Assembly: GCF_013315695.1 (NCBI RefSeq)
Contig: NZ_CP054353.1
Direction: 5' to 3' (one strand)
Source of the DNA: Escherichia coli
GTDB taxonomy: Bacteria; Pseudomonadota; Gammaproteobacteria; Enterobacterales; Enterobacteriaceae
Length of the DNA stretch: 64,000 bases
This document shows positions 39,197 through 49,832 of this stretch, in pieces. The notes beneath the pieces were generated by a model. That model ran no database searches. It was given only the letters and a program-made list of their open reading frames with translations, and was not told the DNA's origin. A program made the translations under genes and the position numbers. How positions within the stretch are numbered: position 1 is the stretch's first letter; each line of letters opens with the position of its first letter.

Positions 39197-39763
39197 ATGC
39201 TTATTGGCTATGTACGCGTGTCAACAAATGACCAGAACACCGATTTGCAACGTAATGCACTGAACTGCGCGGGATGTGAGCGGATTTTTGAGGATAAAAT
39301 CAGTGGCACTAAGTCCGACAGACCAGGGTTGAAAAAACTGCTCAGGACACTATCGGCAGGAGACACGCTGGTTGTCTGGAAGCTGGACAGGTTGGGGCGC
39401 AGTATGCGGCATCTTGTTACGCTGATAGAAGAGTTGCGTCAGCGAGGCGTGAATTTCCGAAGCCTGACTGACAGTATTGATACCAGCACCCCAATGGGCC
39501 GTTTCTTTTTTCATGTCATGGGTGCCCTGGCTGAAATGGAACGCGAACTGATAGTTGAACGTACCAGGGCAGGGCTGGCTGCAGCTCGTGCCAAAGGCAG
39601 AGTAGGTGGACGCCGTCCTAAGTTGACCACCGAACAGTGGGCACAGATTGGGCGTTTACTCGAGGCCGGAGAATCAAGACAGCGTATTGCACTGATTTTT
39701 GATGTAGGCGTTTCTACCATTTATAGAAAATTTCCGGCAAATAAGAGCAATGAATCTCCCTGA
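39197..39763 (+). CDS. pin: Serine DNA invertase (Pin/Gin/Hin family), 188 aa
   Basis: MLIGYVRVSTNDQNTDLQRNAL...DTLVVWKLDRLGRSM... matches E. coli Pin; aggggg RBS before ATG 39197. Confidence 0.9.
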   Translation: MLIGYVRVSTNDQNTDLQRNALNCAGCERIFEDKISGTKSDRPGLKKLLRTLSAGDTLVVWKLDRLGRSMRHLVTLIEELRQRGVNFRSLTDSIDTSTPMGRFFFHVMGALAEMERELIVERTRAGLAAARAKGRVGGRRPKLTTEQWAQIGRLLEAGESRQRIALIFDVGVSTIYRKFPANKSNESP

Positions 39764-39904
39764 ATCAGCATTATTTTGATTATCCCTGCAGCAGACAAAT
39801 ACCGTCATTTTGTGTGAATAACGGTACAACTGCGCTTAGCTGTTTGTCAGGCACAATCACTTCAACATAGGGCGAAGCCTAATCCAATCAGGAGGTTCGC
39901 CACT

Positions 39905-41077
39905 ATGGCTCAGGATTACCACCATGGGGTGCGCGTTGTTGAAGTCAACGAAGGCACCCGATCCATTACCACGGTGAGCACCGCCATCGTGGGTATGGTC
40001 TGCACGGGCGACGATGCCGATGCAAAAATGTTTCCTCTTAATAAACCCGTGCTGATCACTGATGTGCTGACTGCCAGCGGTAAAGCGGGTGAGTCCGGCA
40101 CGCTGGCCCGTTCGCTGGACGCCATCGCTGACCAGGCAAAACCCGTGACCGTTGTTGTGCGTGTGCCGCAGGGTGAAACGGAAGAAGAAACCACAACCAA
40201 TATCATCGGCGCAGTGACCGCCGAGGGTAAAAAAACAGGCATGAAAGCCCTGCTATCTGCCCAGTCACAGCTCGGCGTTAAACCGCGCATTCTCGGCGTG
40301 CCAGGTCACGATAACAAAGCCGTTGCTACTGAGTTGCTGAGTGTGGCGCAAAGCCTGCGTGGGTTTGCCTACCTGTCAGCATATGGCTGCAAGACGGTAC
40401 AGGAGGCGATCACTTACCGTGAAAACTTCAGCCAGCGCGAAGGGATGCTGATCTGGCCTGACTTTACTGGCTGGGACACGGTGCTGAACGCCGAAGCAAT
40501 GGCATATGCCACCGCCCGTGCGCTTGGTCTGCGTGCCAAAATTGATGAGCAGACCGGGTGGCACAAAAGCCTGTCCAACGTGGGCGTGAACGGTGTCACC
40601 GGAATTTCTGCAGATGTGTTCTGGGATCTGCAGGACCCGGCAACCGATGCAGGTCTGCTGAACCAGAACGACGTCACCACGCTTGTGCGTAAAGACGGTT
40701 TCCGCTTCTGGGGTTCCCGCTGCCTGAGTGATAACCCGCTCTTTGCCTTCGAAAACTACACCCGCACGGCGCAGGTGCTGATGGACACGATGGCAGAAGC
40801 ACACATGTGGGCGGTGGATAAACCGCTTAACCCGTCGCTGGCCCGCGACATTATCGAAGGTATCCGCGCCAAAATGCGCAACCTGGTCAGTCAGGGCTAT
40901 CTCATTGGTGGTGATTGCTGGCTGGACGAGTCGGTGAACGACAAAGACACGCTTAAAGCCGGAAAACTCACCATCGACTACGACTACACGCCAGTGCCGC
41001 CACTTGAAAATCTGATGCTGCGCCAGCGCATCACCGATCAGTACCTGGTGAATTTCGCCAGCCAGGTCAGCGCGTAA
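39905..41077 (+). CDS. Tail sheath protein FI (390 aa)
   Basis: Size and position as P2 FI. Confidence 0.9.
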   Translation: MAQDYHHGVRVVEVNEGTRSITTVSTAIVGMVCTGDDADAKMFPLNKPVLITDVLTASGKAGESGTLARSLDAIADQAKPVTVVVRVPQGETEEETTTNIIGAVTAEGKKTGMKALLSAQSQLGVKPRILGVPGHDNKAVATELLSVAQSLRGFAYLSAYGCKTVQEAITYRENFSQREGMLIWPDFTGWDTVLNAEAMAYATARALGLRAKIDEQTGWHKSLSNVGVNGVTGISADVFWDLQDPATDAGLLNQNDVTTLVRKDGFRFWGSRCLSDNPLFAFENYTRTAQVLMDTMAEAHMWAVDKPLNPSLARDIIEGIRAKMRNLVSQGYLIGGDCWLDESVNDKDTLKAGKLTIDYDYTPVPPLENLMLRQRITDQYLVNFASQVSA

Positions 41078-41086
41078 GGGGACAAC

Positions 41087-41602
41087 ATGGCTTTACCACG
41101 TAAATTAAAACATCTGAACTTGTTTAACGACGGGAACAACTGGCAGGGGATCGTTGAGTCGCTGACGCTGCCGAAATTCACCCGCAAATATGAGAAGTAT
41201 CGCGGCGGCGGTATGCCGGGGGCGGTGGATGTGGATCTGGGACTGGATGACAGTGCACTGGATACAGAATTTTCCATTGGTGGTACTGAACTGCTGCTGT
41301 TTAAGCAGATGGGCAAATCCACGGTGGATGGCATCCAGCTGCGCTTTACCGGCTCTATCCAGCGTGACGATACCGGGGAAGTGCAGGCCGTGGAGCTTGT
41401 CGTGCGTGGACGTCACAAAGAAGTGGATTCCGGCGAGTGGAAGACGGGCGAAAGCAACACCACCAAAGTGACCAGTACCAACAGCTACGCGAAGCTGACC
41501 ATCAATGGTGAGGTGCTCTATGAAGTGGACCTTATCAACATGGTGGAAATTGTGGACGGTGTGGACCTGATGGAAGCGCACCGCAACGCCCTCGGCCTCT
41601 GA
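41087..41602 (+). CDS. Tail tube protein FII (171 aa)
   Basis: Size and position as P2 FII. Confidence 0.9.
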   Translation: MALPRKLKHLNLFNDGNNWQGIVESLTLPKFTRKYEKYRGGGMPGAVDVDLGLDDSALDTEFSIGGTELLLFKQMGKSTVDGIQLRFTGSIQRDDTGEVQAVELVVRGRHKEVDSGEWKTGESNTTKVTSTNSYAKLTINGEVLYEVDLINMVEIVDGVDLMEAHRNALGL

Positions 41603-41656
41603 TGTATCTGAACGGCGCGGAATGCCGCGCCAGAACCTAATTTACAGGACAACAAA

Positions 41657-41959
41657 ATGAGCGATAAACAGACTGAAAAGACCATTCAACTGGATACCCC
41701 CATCATGCGCGGTAAAACAGAAATTACCGAAATTGTGTTGCGTAAACCGCAGTCTGGTGCGCTGCGCGGCACACGCCTGCAGGCCATTATGGATATGGAT
41801 GTGAACGCGATGATGACCGTGATCCCCCGCATCTCCAGTCCGGCACTGACTGCACAGGAAATCGCAGAGATGGACCCGGCAGATCTCACAGCCATGTCGG
41901 TTGAGGTTGTCACTTTTTTGTTGAAGAAGTCGGTGCTTGCCGGTTTACCGACAGCCTGA
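41657..41959 (+). CDS. Tail assembly chaperone E (100 aa)
   Basis: Position between tube and tape-measure genes. Confidence 0.8.
   Translation: MSDKQTEKTIQLDTPIMRGKTEITEIVLRKPQSGALRGTRLQAIMDMDVNAMMTVIPRISSPALTAQEIAEMDPADLTAMSVEVVTFLLKKSVLAGLPTA
41914..41920 (+). other. Programmed -1 ribosomal frameshift site producing E+E' (extension to 42093)
   Basis: Slippery heptamer TTTTTTG inside E; the -1 frame stays open to 42093, overlapping the tape-measure start. Confidence 0.6.
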
Positions 41960-42085
41960 CGGTTGACGATCTGGTGGCAGATATCGCCACCATTTTTCAC
42001 TGGCCGCCATCCGTTACTGACGTTATGCCGCTGACCGAAGTGCTGGAATGGCGGTATAAAGCGATTCAGAGAAGCAGGGCCAACG

Positions 42086-45000
42086 ATGAGTGATAACAAC
42101 CTGCGCCTGCAGGTCATTCTTAATGCGGTTGACAAACTCACCCGCCCATTCCGTGCTGCACAGGCCAGTTCGAAAGAGCTGGCTGGCGCAATCAGAAACT
42201 CCCGTGACGCATTAAAGCAACTCAATCAGGCGGGTAACAGCCTGGAAAAATTTCGCAAGCTGCAGGCTGATAACAAGAAGTTAGGTGACAGGCTGAACTA
42301 TGCCAGACAGAAGGCTAATTTGCTTAGCTCTGAGCTGGAGGCGATGGAACAACCATCACAACGGCACCTTGTGGCTTTAGGTCGGCAAACGCTGGCAGTC
42401 CAACGCCTGGAAGAACAACAAAAATATTTGCAGAAGCAAACGGCGCTTGTGCGTGCAGAACTGTACCGGGCGGGAATTTCTGCGAAAGATGATGCGGGAG
42501 CAACTGCCCGTTTAGCCCGTGAAACATCACGTTATAACCAGGAATTGTCGAAACAGGAGGCGCGGCTGAAGCGACTGGGTGAAGCTCAGCGCAGGATGAA
42601 TGCGGCGCGTGCCAGTTATGCCCGTTCGCTGGAGGTGCGTGATCGTATTGCAGGAGCCGGAGCCACCACCACGGCTGCAGGGCTGGCAATGGGAACACCA
42701 GTGATGGCGGCAGTAAAAAGCTATACCAGCATGGAAGATGCCATGAAAGGTGTGGCAAAGCAGGTCAATGGTCTGCGTGACGATAATGGCAACCGCACTG
42801 CACGTTTTTATGAAATGCAGGATGCCATCAAGGCTGCCAGCGAACAGTTGCCGATGGAAAACGGTGCGGTGGACTTCGCTGCACTGGTTGAAGGTGGTGC
42901 GCGCATGAACGTCGCAAACCCTGACGACAGCTGGGAAGACCAGAAACGTGACCTGCTGGCCTTCGCCAGTACGGCAGCAAAGGCGGCAACAGCCTTTGAG
43001 CTGCCAGCGGATGAACTGTCAGAAAGTCTGGGGAAAATCGCCCAGCTCTACAAAATACCTACCCGCAATATTGAACAGCTCGGCGATGCGCTGAACTATC
43101 TGGATGATAACGCCATGTCGAAAGGGGCGGACATCATTGATGTCATGCAACGTCTGGGCGGTGTGGCTGATCGTCTGGATTATCGTAAAGCGGCGGCGCT
43201 GGGTTCCACCTTTCTGACACTGGGCGCTGCGCCAGAGGTTGCAGCCAGTGCAGCAAACGCGATGGTGCGTGAATTGTCCATTGCCACCATGCAAAGCAAG
43301 AGTTTCTTTGAAGGGATGAATCTGCTGAAACTCAATCCTGAAGTGATTGAAAAGCAGATGACGAAGGATGCGATGGGAACTATCCAGCGTGTGCTGGAGA
43401 AGGTGAACGCACTGCCGCAGGACAAGCGTCTGTCTGCCATGACCATGTTGTTTGGTAAAGAGTTTGGTGATGACGCGGCGAAACTGGCAAACAACCTTCC
43501 GGAACTGCAGCGCCAGCTAAAACTGACTGCGGGCAATGATGCGCTCGGTTCCATGCAGAAAGAATCCGACATCAACAAAGACTCACTTTCTGCGCAGTGG
43601 TTGCTGGTCAAAACCGGAGCGCAGAACACCTTCAGCAGCCTGGGCGAAACGCTGCGCCAGCCGCTGATGGATATTCTGTACACGGTAAAAAGCATCACGG
43701 GGGCGTTGCGCCGCTGGGTGGAAGCTAACCCGGAACTGACAGGCACACTGATGAAAGTAGCGGCTGTTGTGGCTGCGGTTACCGTAGGCCTCGGCACCTT
43801 AGCGGTGGCGCTGGCTGCAGTGCTGGGGCCGCTGGCAGTCATCCGTTTGGGATTCTCTGTGCTGGGTATCAAAACGTTACCTTCCGTTACGGCAGCAGTA
43901 ACACGAACCAGCAGCGCGTTGTCCTGGCTGGCTGGCGCTCCACTGGCACTGCTGCGACGCGGGCTTGCTTCATCGGGCAACGCAGCGGGTTTACTTACTG
44001 CGCCGTTGTCGTCTTTGCGCCGCATGGCATCACTGACGGGGAATGTCCTGAAAACTGTAGCAGGTGTGCCGGTTGCACTGTTGCGGTCTGGATTATCCGG
44101 TTTACGTGCTGTTGCTGTGATGTTTATGAATCCACTGGCAGCACTACGCGGTGGACTGGCTGCCGCAGGCGCGGTGCTGCGAGTACTGGCATCCGGTCCG
44201 CTGGCGATGCTGCGCGTTGCCCTGTATGCCGTATCTGGTCTGTTAGGTGCTCTGCTCAGTCCGATAGGTCTTGTGGTTACTGCACTGGCGGGCGTGGCGC
44301 TGGTTGTCTGGAAATACTGGCAACCCATCACCGCATTTCTCGCTGGTGTGGTGGAAGGATTCAACGCGGCGGCAGGTCCCATCAGTGCAGCATTCGAACC
44401 GCTTAAGCCTGTGTTTCAGTGGATTGGCGATAAAGTGCAGGCGTTGTGGGGCTGGTTTACTGATCTGCTGACGCCCGTTAAGTCGACCTCTGCCGAACTG
44501 CAGAGTGCAGCGGCAATGGGGCGGCGATTCGGAGAGGCACTGGCGGAAGGGCTGAATATGGTCATGCATCCGCTGGACTCCCTGAAATCCGGCGTTTCCT
44601 GGTTGCTGGAGAAACTTGGCATTGTCAGTAAAGAGGCCGCAAAGGCAAAACTGCCGGAAAGCATGACGCGTCAGCAACCTGCGACGGTGAATGCAGACGG
44701 TAAAGTGATGATGCCATCGGGTGGTTTTCCGTCATGGGGATATGGCTTTGCGGGGATGTATGACAGCGGCGGGTATATCCCGCGCGGGCAGTTTGGCATC
44801 GTCGGTGAAAACGGGCCGGAAATTGTTAACGGCCCGGCAAATGTGACCAGCCGGAGAAATACAGCTGCACTGGCTGCCGTTGTTGCCGGAATGATGGGCG
44901 TTGCTGCCGCGCCAGCAGAGCTTCCACCGTTGCACCCTTTGGCACTTCCCGCGAAAGGTGGAGAAGCAATTGTGAGTCGCGCAGCCACTGTGCCGCTCGT

Positions 45001-45163
45001 TCAACGGATTGAGGCACCGACGCAGATCATCATTCAGACGCAGCCAGGACAAAGTGCGCAGGATATTGCGCGGGAGGTGGCACGCCAGCTTGATGAACGT
45101 GAACGCAGGCTGAAGGCAAAAGCCAGGAGTAACTACAGCGATCAGGGGGGATACGACGCATGA
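42086..45163 (+). CDS. Tail tape measure protein T (1025 aa)
   Basis: Long Ala/Leu-rich protein at the T position. Confidence 0.9.
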   Translation: MSDNNLRLQVILNAVDKLTRPFRAAQASSKELAGAIRNSRDALKQLNQAGNSLEKFRKLQADNKKLGDRLNYARQKANLLSSELEAMEQPSQRHLVALGRQTLAVQRLEEQQKYLQKQTALVRAELYRAGISAKDDAGATARLARETSRYNQELSKQEARLKRLGEAQRRMNAARASYARSLEVRDRIAGAGATTTAAGLAMGTPVMAAVKSYTSMEDAMKGVAKQVNGLRDDNGNRTARFYEMQDAIKAASEQLPMENGAVDFAALVEGGARMNVANPDDSWEDQKRDLLAFASTAAKAATAFELPADELSESLGKIAQLYKIPTRNIEQLGDALNYLDDNAMSKGADIIDVMQRLGGVADRLDYRKAAALGSTFLTLGAAPEVAASAANAMVRELSIATMQSKSFFEGMNLLKLNPEVIEKQMTKDAMGTIQRVLEKVNALPQDKRLSAMTMLFGKEFGDDAAKLANNLPELQRQLKLTAGNDALGSMQKESDINKDSLSAQWLLVKTGAQNTFSSLGETLRQPLMDILYTVKSITGALRRWVEANPELTGTLMKVAAVVAAVTVGLGTLAVALAAVLGPLAVIRLGFSVLGIKTLPSVTAAVTRTSSALSWLAGAPLALLRRGLASSGNAAGLLTAPLSSLRRMASLTGNVLKTVAGVPVALLRSGLSGLRAVAVMFMNPLAALRGGLAAAGAVLRVLASGPLAMLRVALYAVSGLLGALLSPIGLVVTALAGVALVVWKYWQPITAFLAGVVEGFNAAAGPISAAFEPLKPVFQWIGDKVQALWGWFTDLLTPVKSTSAELQSAAAMGRRFGEALAEGLNMVMHPLDSLKSGVSWLLEKLGIVSKEAAKAKLPESMTRQQPATVNADGKVMMPSGGFPSWGYGFAGMYDSGGYIPRGQFGIVGENGPEIVNGPANVTSRRNTAALAAVVAGMMGVAAAPAELPPLHPLALPAKGGEAIVSRAATVPLVQRIEAPTQIIIQTQPGQSAQDIAREVARQLDERERRLKAKARSNYSDQGGYDA

Positions 45164-45645
45164 TGATGGTGCTGGGATTGTACGTGTTTATGCTGCGCAC
45201 CGTTCCGTATCAGGAACTGCAGTATCAACGCAGCTGGCGACATGCGGCAAACAGTCGGGTAAACCGACGTCCGTCCACGCAGTTTCTGGGACCGGAAAAC
45301 GACATGCTGACGCTTTCCGGTGTTCTTATGCCGGAGATAACAGGCGGCAGGCTGTCGTTGCTGGCACTGGAGCAGATGGCAGAACAGGGGAAAGCATGGC
45401 CCCTGATTGAAGGCAGCGGCACGATTTACGGCATGTATGTGATTGAGGGACTGAATCAGACTAAAACGGAGTTTTTCCGCGACGGTATGCCGCGCCGGAT
45501 TGAGTTCACCCTGTCGCTCAAACGAGTGGATGAATCCCTGTCCGATATGTTCGGTGATCTCAGTGCGCAACTGAATAATCTGCAGGACACGGCAACGTCT
45601 GCCTTAAGCGATATCAGTAAAACGGTGGGAGGGCTGCTGTCGTGA
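45160..45645 (+). CDS. Tail protein U (161 aa)
   Basis: Size and position as P2 U. Confidence 0.85.
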   Translation: MMMVLGLYVFMLRTVPYQELQYQRSWRHAANSRVNRRPSTQFLGPENDMLTLSGVLMPEITGGRLSLLALEQMAEQGKAWPLIEGSGTIYGMYVIEGLNQTKTEFFRDGMPRRIEFTLSLKRVDESLSDMFGDLSAQLNNLQDTATSALSDISKTVGGLLS

Positions 45646-46742
45646 ATTTCAGCGCTGAACTGCTTAACACAGGCAACAAAACTCCCGCATTCAGCATCAG
45701 TATTGAGGGCAGGGATATCACCACTGTGCTGGATAACCGCCTGATGAGTTTGACGCTGACGGATAACCGGGGCTTTGAAGCGGACCAGCTTGATCTGGAG
45801 CTGGATGACGCTGACGGAAAAATCGTGCTGCCGCGCCGTGGTGCGGTCATTACGCTGGCGCTGGGCTGGAAGGGGCAGCCGCTTTTCCCTAAAGGGGCAT
45901 TCACAGTGGACGAGATTGAACACACTGGCGCACCGGACCGCCTGACTATCCGGGCGCGAAGTGCTGATTTTCGGGAAACGCTGAATACCCGCCGTGAAAA
46001 ATCGTGGCATAAGACCACCGTCGGGGAAGTGGTGAAGGAAATAGCCGCGCGGCACAAGCTGAAGATGGCACTGGGTAAAGACCTGTCGGATAAGCCCGTG
46101 GAGCATATAGACCAGACTAATGAGAGTGACGGCAGTTTTCTGATGCGGCTGGCGCGACAGTACGGTGCCATCGCGTCGGTGAAAAATGGCAATCTGTTAT
46201 TCATCCGGCAGGGGCAGTGCAAAAGCGCCACTGGTAAACCTCTGCCAGTGATCACTATCACACGCAAGGACGGTGACAGTCACCGATTTATCCTGGCAGA
46301 TCGCGGAGCCTACACGGGCGTAATTGCCAGCTGGTTGCATACCCGCGAACCTGCGAAGAAAGAAAGCACCACGGTGAAGCGTAAGCGCAGAACTAAGAAG
46401 CAGAAGAAAGAGCCAGAAGCGAAGCAGGGCGATTACCTGGTGGGTACGGATGAAAACGTGCTGGTACTTAATCGCACTTATGCCAACCGGAGCAACGCCG
46501 AACGAGCGGCGAAAATGCAGTGGGAACGCCTGCAACGCGGCGTTGCGTCATTTTCTCTACAACTGGCAGAAGGGCGGGCAGATCTCTACACGGAAATGCC
46601 TGTGAAGGTCAGTGGTTTTAAACAGCCGATAGATGATGCGGAATGGACCATTACGACTCTGACACATACCGTCAGCCCGGATAACGGTTTTACAACCAGT
46701 ATTGAACTTGAAGTGAAAATTAATGATCTTGAAATGGAATAA
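45642..46742 (+). CDS. Tail protein D (366 aa)
   Basis: Size and position as P2 D. Confidence 0.85.
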   Translation: MNFSAELLNTGNKTPAFSISIEGRDITTVLDNRLMSLTLTDNRGFEADQLDLELDDADGKIVLPRRGAVITLALGWKGQPLFPKGAFTVDEIEHTGAPDRLTIRARSADFRETLNTRREKSWHKTTVGEVVKEIAARHKLKMALGKDLSDKPVEHIDQTNESDGSFLMRLARQYGAIASVKNGNLLFIRQGQCKSATGKPLPVITITRKDGDSHRFILADRGAYTGVIASWLHTREPAKKESTTVKRKRRTKKQKKEPEAKQGDYLVGTDENVLVLNRTYANRSNAERAAKMQWERLQRGVASFSLQLAEGRADLYTEMPVKVSGFKQPIDDAEWTITTLTHTVSPDNGFTTSIELEVKINDLEME

Positions 46743-46810
46743 ATGGTTCTCAATATTGATATTTTGTGTATCATTGCATTGATTATGATAGCAAAGGTAG
46801 GGATCTGGAT

Positions 46811-47029
46811 ATGATGAATTGTCCAAAGTGTGGTCATGCGGCGCACACAAGGAGCAGTTTTCAAGTAACGGAAAGCACCAAAGAACGTTACTGCCAGTGC
46901 CAAAATATTAACTGCGGGAGCACTTTTGTTACCCATGAAACAGTGGTCCGGTTTATTGTGACACCTGCAGTGATTGCCACAGCCCCTCCACATCCATTGC
47001 CAGATGGTCAGGGCCATATGAATTTTTAA
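46811..47029 (+). CDS. ogr: Ogr late-gene transcriptional activator (zinc finger, 72 aa)
   Basis: MMNCPKCGHAAHTRSS...CQCQNINC... matches P2 Ogr. Confidence 0.85.
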   Translation: MMNCPKCGHAAHTRSSFQVTESTKERYCQCQNINCGSTFVTHETVVRFIVTPAVIATAPPHPLPDGQGHMNF

Positions 47030-47269
47030 GAAAGAGAACCTGCTACGGCAGGTTTTATTTTTCTGTAAGCCTATCCATTTAAAGTATAAATGAATATTTA
47101 CATTGATGATTATCATTAGAGTTGCGTTAAAGACTACACCTGCCATTTGTACAATGTTTTAAAGTAATGGCTGCAATTAAATGCAGCCATTATTTATAAT
47201 GATTAATATATATAAAATATCAGACACTGAATAATAACGTACTTTATGTTCAAGGGTCGATATAATCAC

Positions 47270-48346
47270 TTAATAGAATGTTTCTACTAAAGCGTTTACA
47301 TGTTCTCTAGCCTCGCGATAACGCTCTCTTACAACGTTGATAATTTCACCGTTTGGCATTTCATAATGAGTTTGAGCAGGAAGTTTGAAAAGAGGAATTC
47401 CCAAACTTGCAGAAACTTTCCCTGAAGTATGAAAATCTTTAACTTCAGAAAGATAGGCCGCCTCCCATTCATTTAAGTTATTGATTTCACGATATCGCTC
47501 CGTGAATAGTTCTGGGAAGTTCTGATATTGTGTAAAAGCAAAAGCACAAAGGGATTCTTTGATTGAATCATAAGCTCTGGCAACACCAAGATTAGACGTA
47601 AAGTTATTGAAAACAAAGCGATCTAACTTAGGTAATGTAAGATTATTATTCACAACTTGGCTATGAAAAGTGACAAACTTTTCTGCATAGGTTTGTGCAG
47701 CAGAAGAGGGATAATGGCCATAAAGAAGCATCATTATTCCTTTCATCCCTTCTAATGAACTGTAATCAGCCATCATAGGGACGACCAGTCTATCTGAAGA
47801 TAGTAGAGCCATTTGGGTGTAGATAGAAAAACTTGGATTACAGTCAATAAAGACAACCATATCATCGTAATCATCAATATCATGTTCTAGAGTACATAGT
47901 CGACGAAATGCTGTCATATACTCTTTCCATGCGAACCTGTTAGCTGGACTGATAACTGCATAGTTCAGTGCAAGAGTAAGGGACTCGAGGAATGAATCAC
48001 CGGCGATGAGAAACAAATTATCGCTGATTTCATCATTATATTGGTTTACTGCTACTTTGAAAGAACGTCGAATACTGGTGAAATTTGAATGGCCATCTAA
48101 AAGCCAGTCCAGAAACCCTACGACATTTTTGCGTGTTCGTGAAGATTGTAGCTCTTGATTAGTATTGTACCCACGATCACCTCCTCCAAGCAGGTATTGA
48201 GAAATGTTTGCTTGCGGACACAAATCTATTACTAGTACCTGTGTGCTGGGATTTTCTTCTGCATACTGTGCAGCAATGTTGAAACCAAGTGTTGTTTTTC
48301 CAACACCGCCTTTGTTGTTATACATTGCATAAATCTTAACTGCCAT
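47270..48346 (-). CDS. ParA/MinD-like P-loop ATPase with ~150-aa C-terminal extension (358 aa), cargo gene between ogr and attR
   Basis: Deviant Walker A NKGGVGKTT, A' motif VLVIDLCPQANIS, Walker B VVFIDCNPS; AT-rich. Confidence 0.7.
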   Translation of the reverse strand: MAVKIYAMYNNKGGVGKTTLGFNIAAQYAEENPSTQVLVIDLCPQANISQYLLGGGDRGYNTNQELQSSRTRKNVVGFLDWLLDGHSNFTSIRRSFKVAVNQYNDEISDNLFLIAGDSFLESLTLALNYAVISPANRFAWKEYMTAFRRLCTLEHDIDDYDDMVVFIDCNPSFSIYTQMALLSSDRLVVPMMADYSSLEGMKGIMMLLYGHYPSSAAQTYAEKFVTFHSQVVNNNLTLPKLDRFVFNNFTSNLGVARAYDSIKESLCAFAFTQYQNFPELFTERYREINNLNEWEAAYLSEVKDFHTSGKVSASLGIPLFKLPAQTHYEMPNGEIINVVRERYREAREHVNALVETFY

Positions 48347-48641
48347 GTGTATTTCACCCGAGGTTGAATAAAAGCCTACTACATCGCTATTTTACCATTC
48401 AATTTTATCATTAGCAGATTCCAATGAAGAAGATACTTCTGGTTTATCTAATGAAAATTGTGAAGTAAAAGTAGGATACTTCATTCTTCTGCAGTGAGGG
48501 GGGCGTGGATAACATTATAATTTCTTGTTGTATAGCCTTTTCGGGAAAGAGCAGACAAGATTTACATAAAACTCTGTCGCCATTTTGCCGCCACTTCCAA
48601 AGAAAAAGGGGCTACGCTTTCACGTAACCCCTTGATTTATT

Positions 48642-48686
48642 TGGTGGAGCTGGCGGGAGTTGAACCCGCGTCCGAAATTCCTACAT
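48642..48686. repeat. attR core: 3' end of ssrA, identical to 13430-13474
   Basis: 45-bp exact direct repeat. Confidence 0.9.
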
Positions 48687-49004
48687 CCTCGGTACTACAT
48701 GCTTAGTCAGTCTTTACATTCGCTTGCCAGCTGCGGACGGACACGCCACTAACAAACTAGCCTGATTAAGTTTTAACGCTTCAACCCCAGGCAGGGCTTC
48801 CACGCGATCTCTTTTGGGTTTGACCTCTCTTGATCCCCGTCCTAAGAGCGGAGGCTAGGGAGAGAGGGCTCTAAGCAGGTTATTAAGCTGCTAAAGCGTA
48901 GTTTTCGTCGTTTGCGACTATTTTTTGCGGCTTTTTACGAGGCCAACCGCCCCTCGGCATGCACCTTGGGTTTCGCAAATCCCGTCGAATCCAGAATCAG
49001 CCCC
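48642..49004 (-). ncRNA. ssrA: tmRNA (SsrA RNA), 363 nt
   Basis: Reverse complement begins GGGGCTGATTCTGGATTCGACGGG and ends GGGTTCAACTCCCGCCAGCTCCACCA; tag ORF region (GCAAACGACGAAAACTACGCTTTAGCAGCTTAA) present. Confidence 0.97.
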
Positions 49005-49218
49005 AATGTGTAACGGTAAGTATACCAGATTCATGAGTGCCATGACCAGCCTCAATGGCGTTATCGTTAAAGATTTAGCACCCATGTAGCCTGATTTTTA
49101 TTCGATTAAGCAATGGGATGGCAACATTTGTGTCGGATGTGATAGCCAATAAGATGTGCATTCGCGCCGCCGGAGAGGGAGGCGCGGTGAGGAACTGGTC
49201 AATAATTGCAGTGCAGGT

Positions 49219-49701
49219 TTAACGGTGGGCGTTTTTCATGATACGCGCTTTATCCACCTGCCATTCGCGTTCTTTGATATCTGAACGTTTATCATGCTGT
49301 TTCTTACCTTTGGCGACGCCGATTTTCACTTTGCACCAGGCATTTTTCCAGTACAGGGAGAGCGCCACTACGGTATAGCCTTCTCGATTGACGCGACCGT
49401 ACAATGAGTCCAGTTCGCGCTGGTTGAGAAGTAACTTGCGGGTACGGGTAGGATCGCACACCACATGCGTGGAGGCCACGGCCATTGGCGTGATGTTAGC
49501 GCCAAACAGAAATGCCTCTCCGTCACGCAGAAGGACGTAGCTGTCGCTGATATTGGCTTTTCCTGCGCGCAGGGATTTAACTTCCCAGCCTTGCAGGGCA
49601 AGTCCCGCTTCGAACTCTTCTTCGATAAAGTATTCGTGACGGGCGCGCTTGTTAAGCGCGATGGTCGCTGAACCAGGTTTATGTGCTTTTTTCTTCGTCA
49701 T
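49219..49701 (-). CDS. smpB: SsrA-binding protein SmpB (160 aa)
   Basis: Sequence-level match to E. coli SmpB; adjacent to ssrA. Confidence 0.97.
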
Positions 49702-49832
49702 AAGCGTCGTGAATCATCGGTAATCTGAAATCGAAAACACCCCATATCAATCCTGCGGGGGACAAGGCTCTATCTTAGCATGAACCCGATGTTACCCAGC
49801 GCCGGGATAGCGTTTTTTTTACAGCAGGATAA

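Larger units (their letters stand above)
13430..48686. mobile_element. P2/186-like prophage (~35 kb) integrated into the 3' end of ssrA
   Basis: Bounded by 45-bp direct repeats; gene order int-CI-apl-cII...A...cos...Q-P-O-N-M-L-X-holin-K-lysABC-R-S-V-W-J-I-H-(invertible segment, pin)-FI-FII-E/E'-T-U-D-ogr. Confidence 0.9.

Noticed and set aside
43180-44382. 400-aa minus-strand ORF and neighbours (42324-45570) inside the tape-measure gene
   Set aside because: Antisense to the T gene; Ala/Pro/Ser/Arg-rich low-complexity translation typical of shadow frames.
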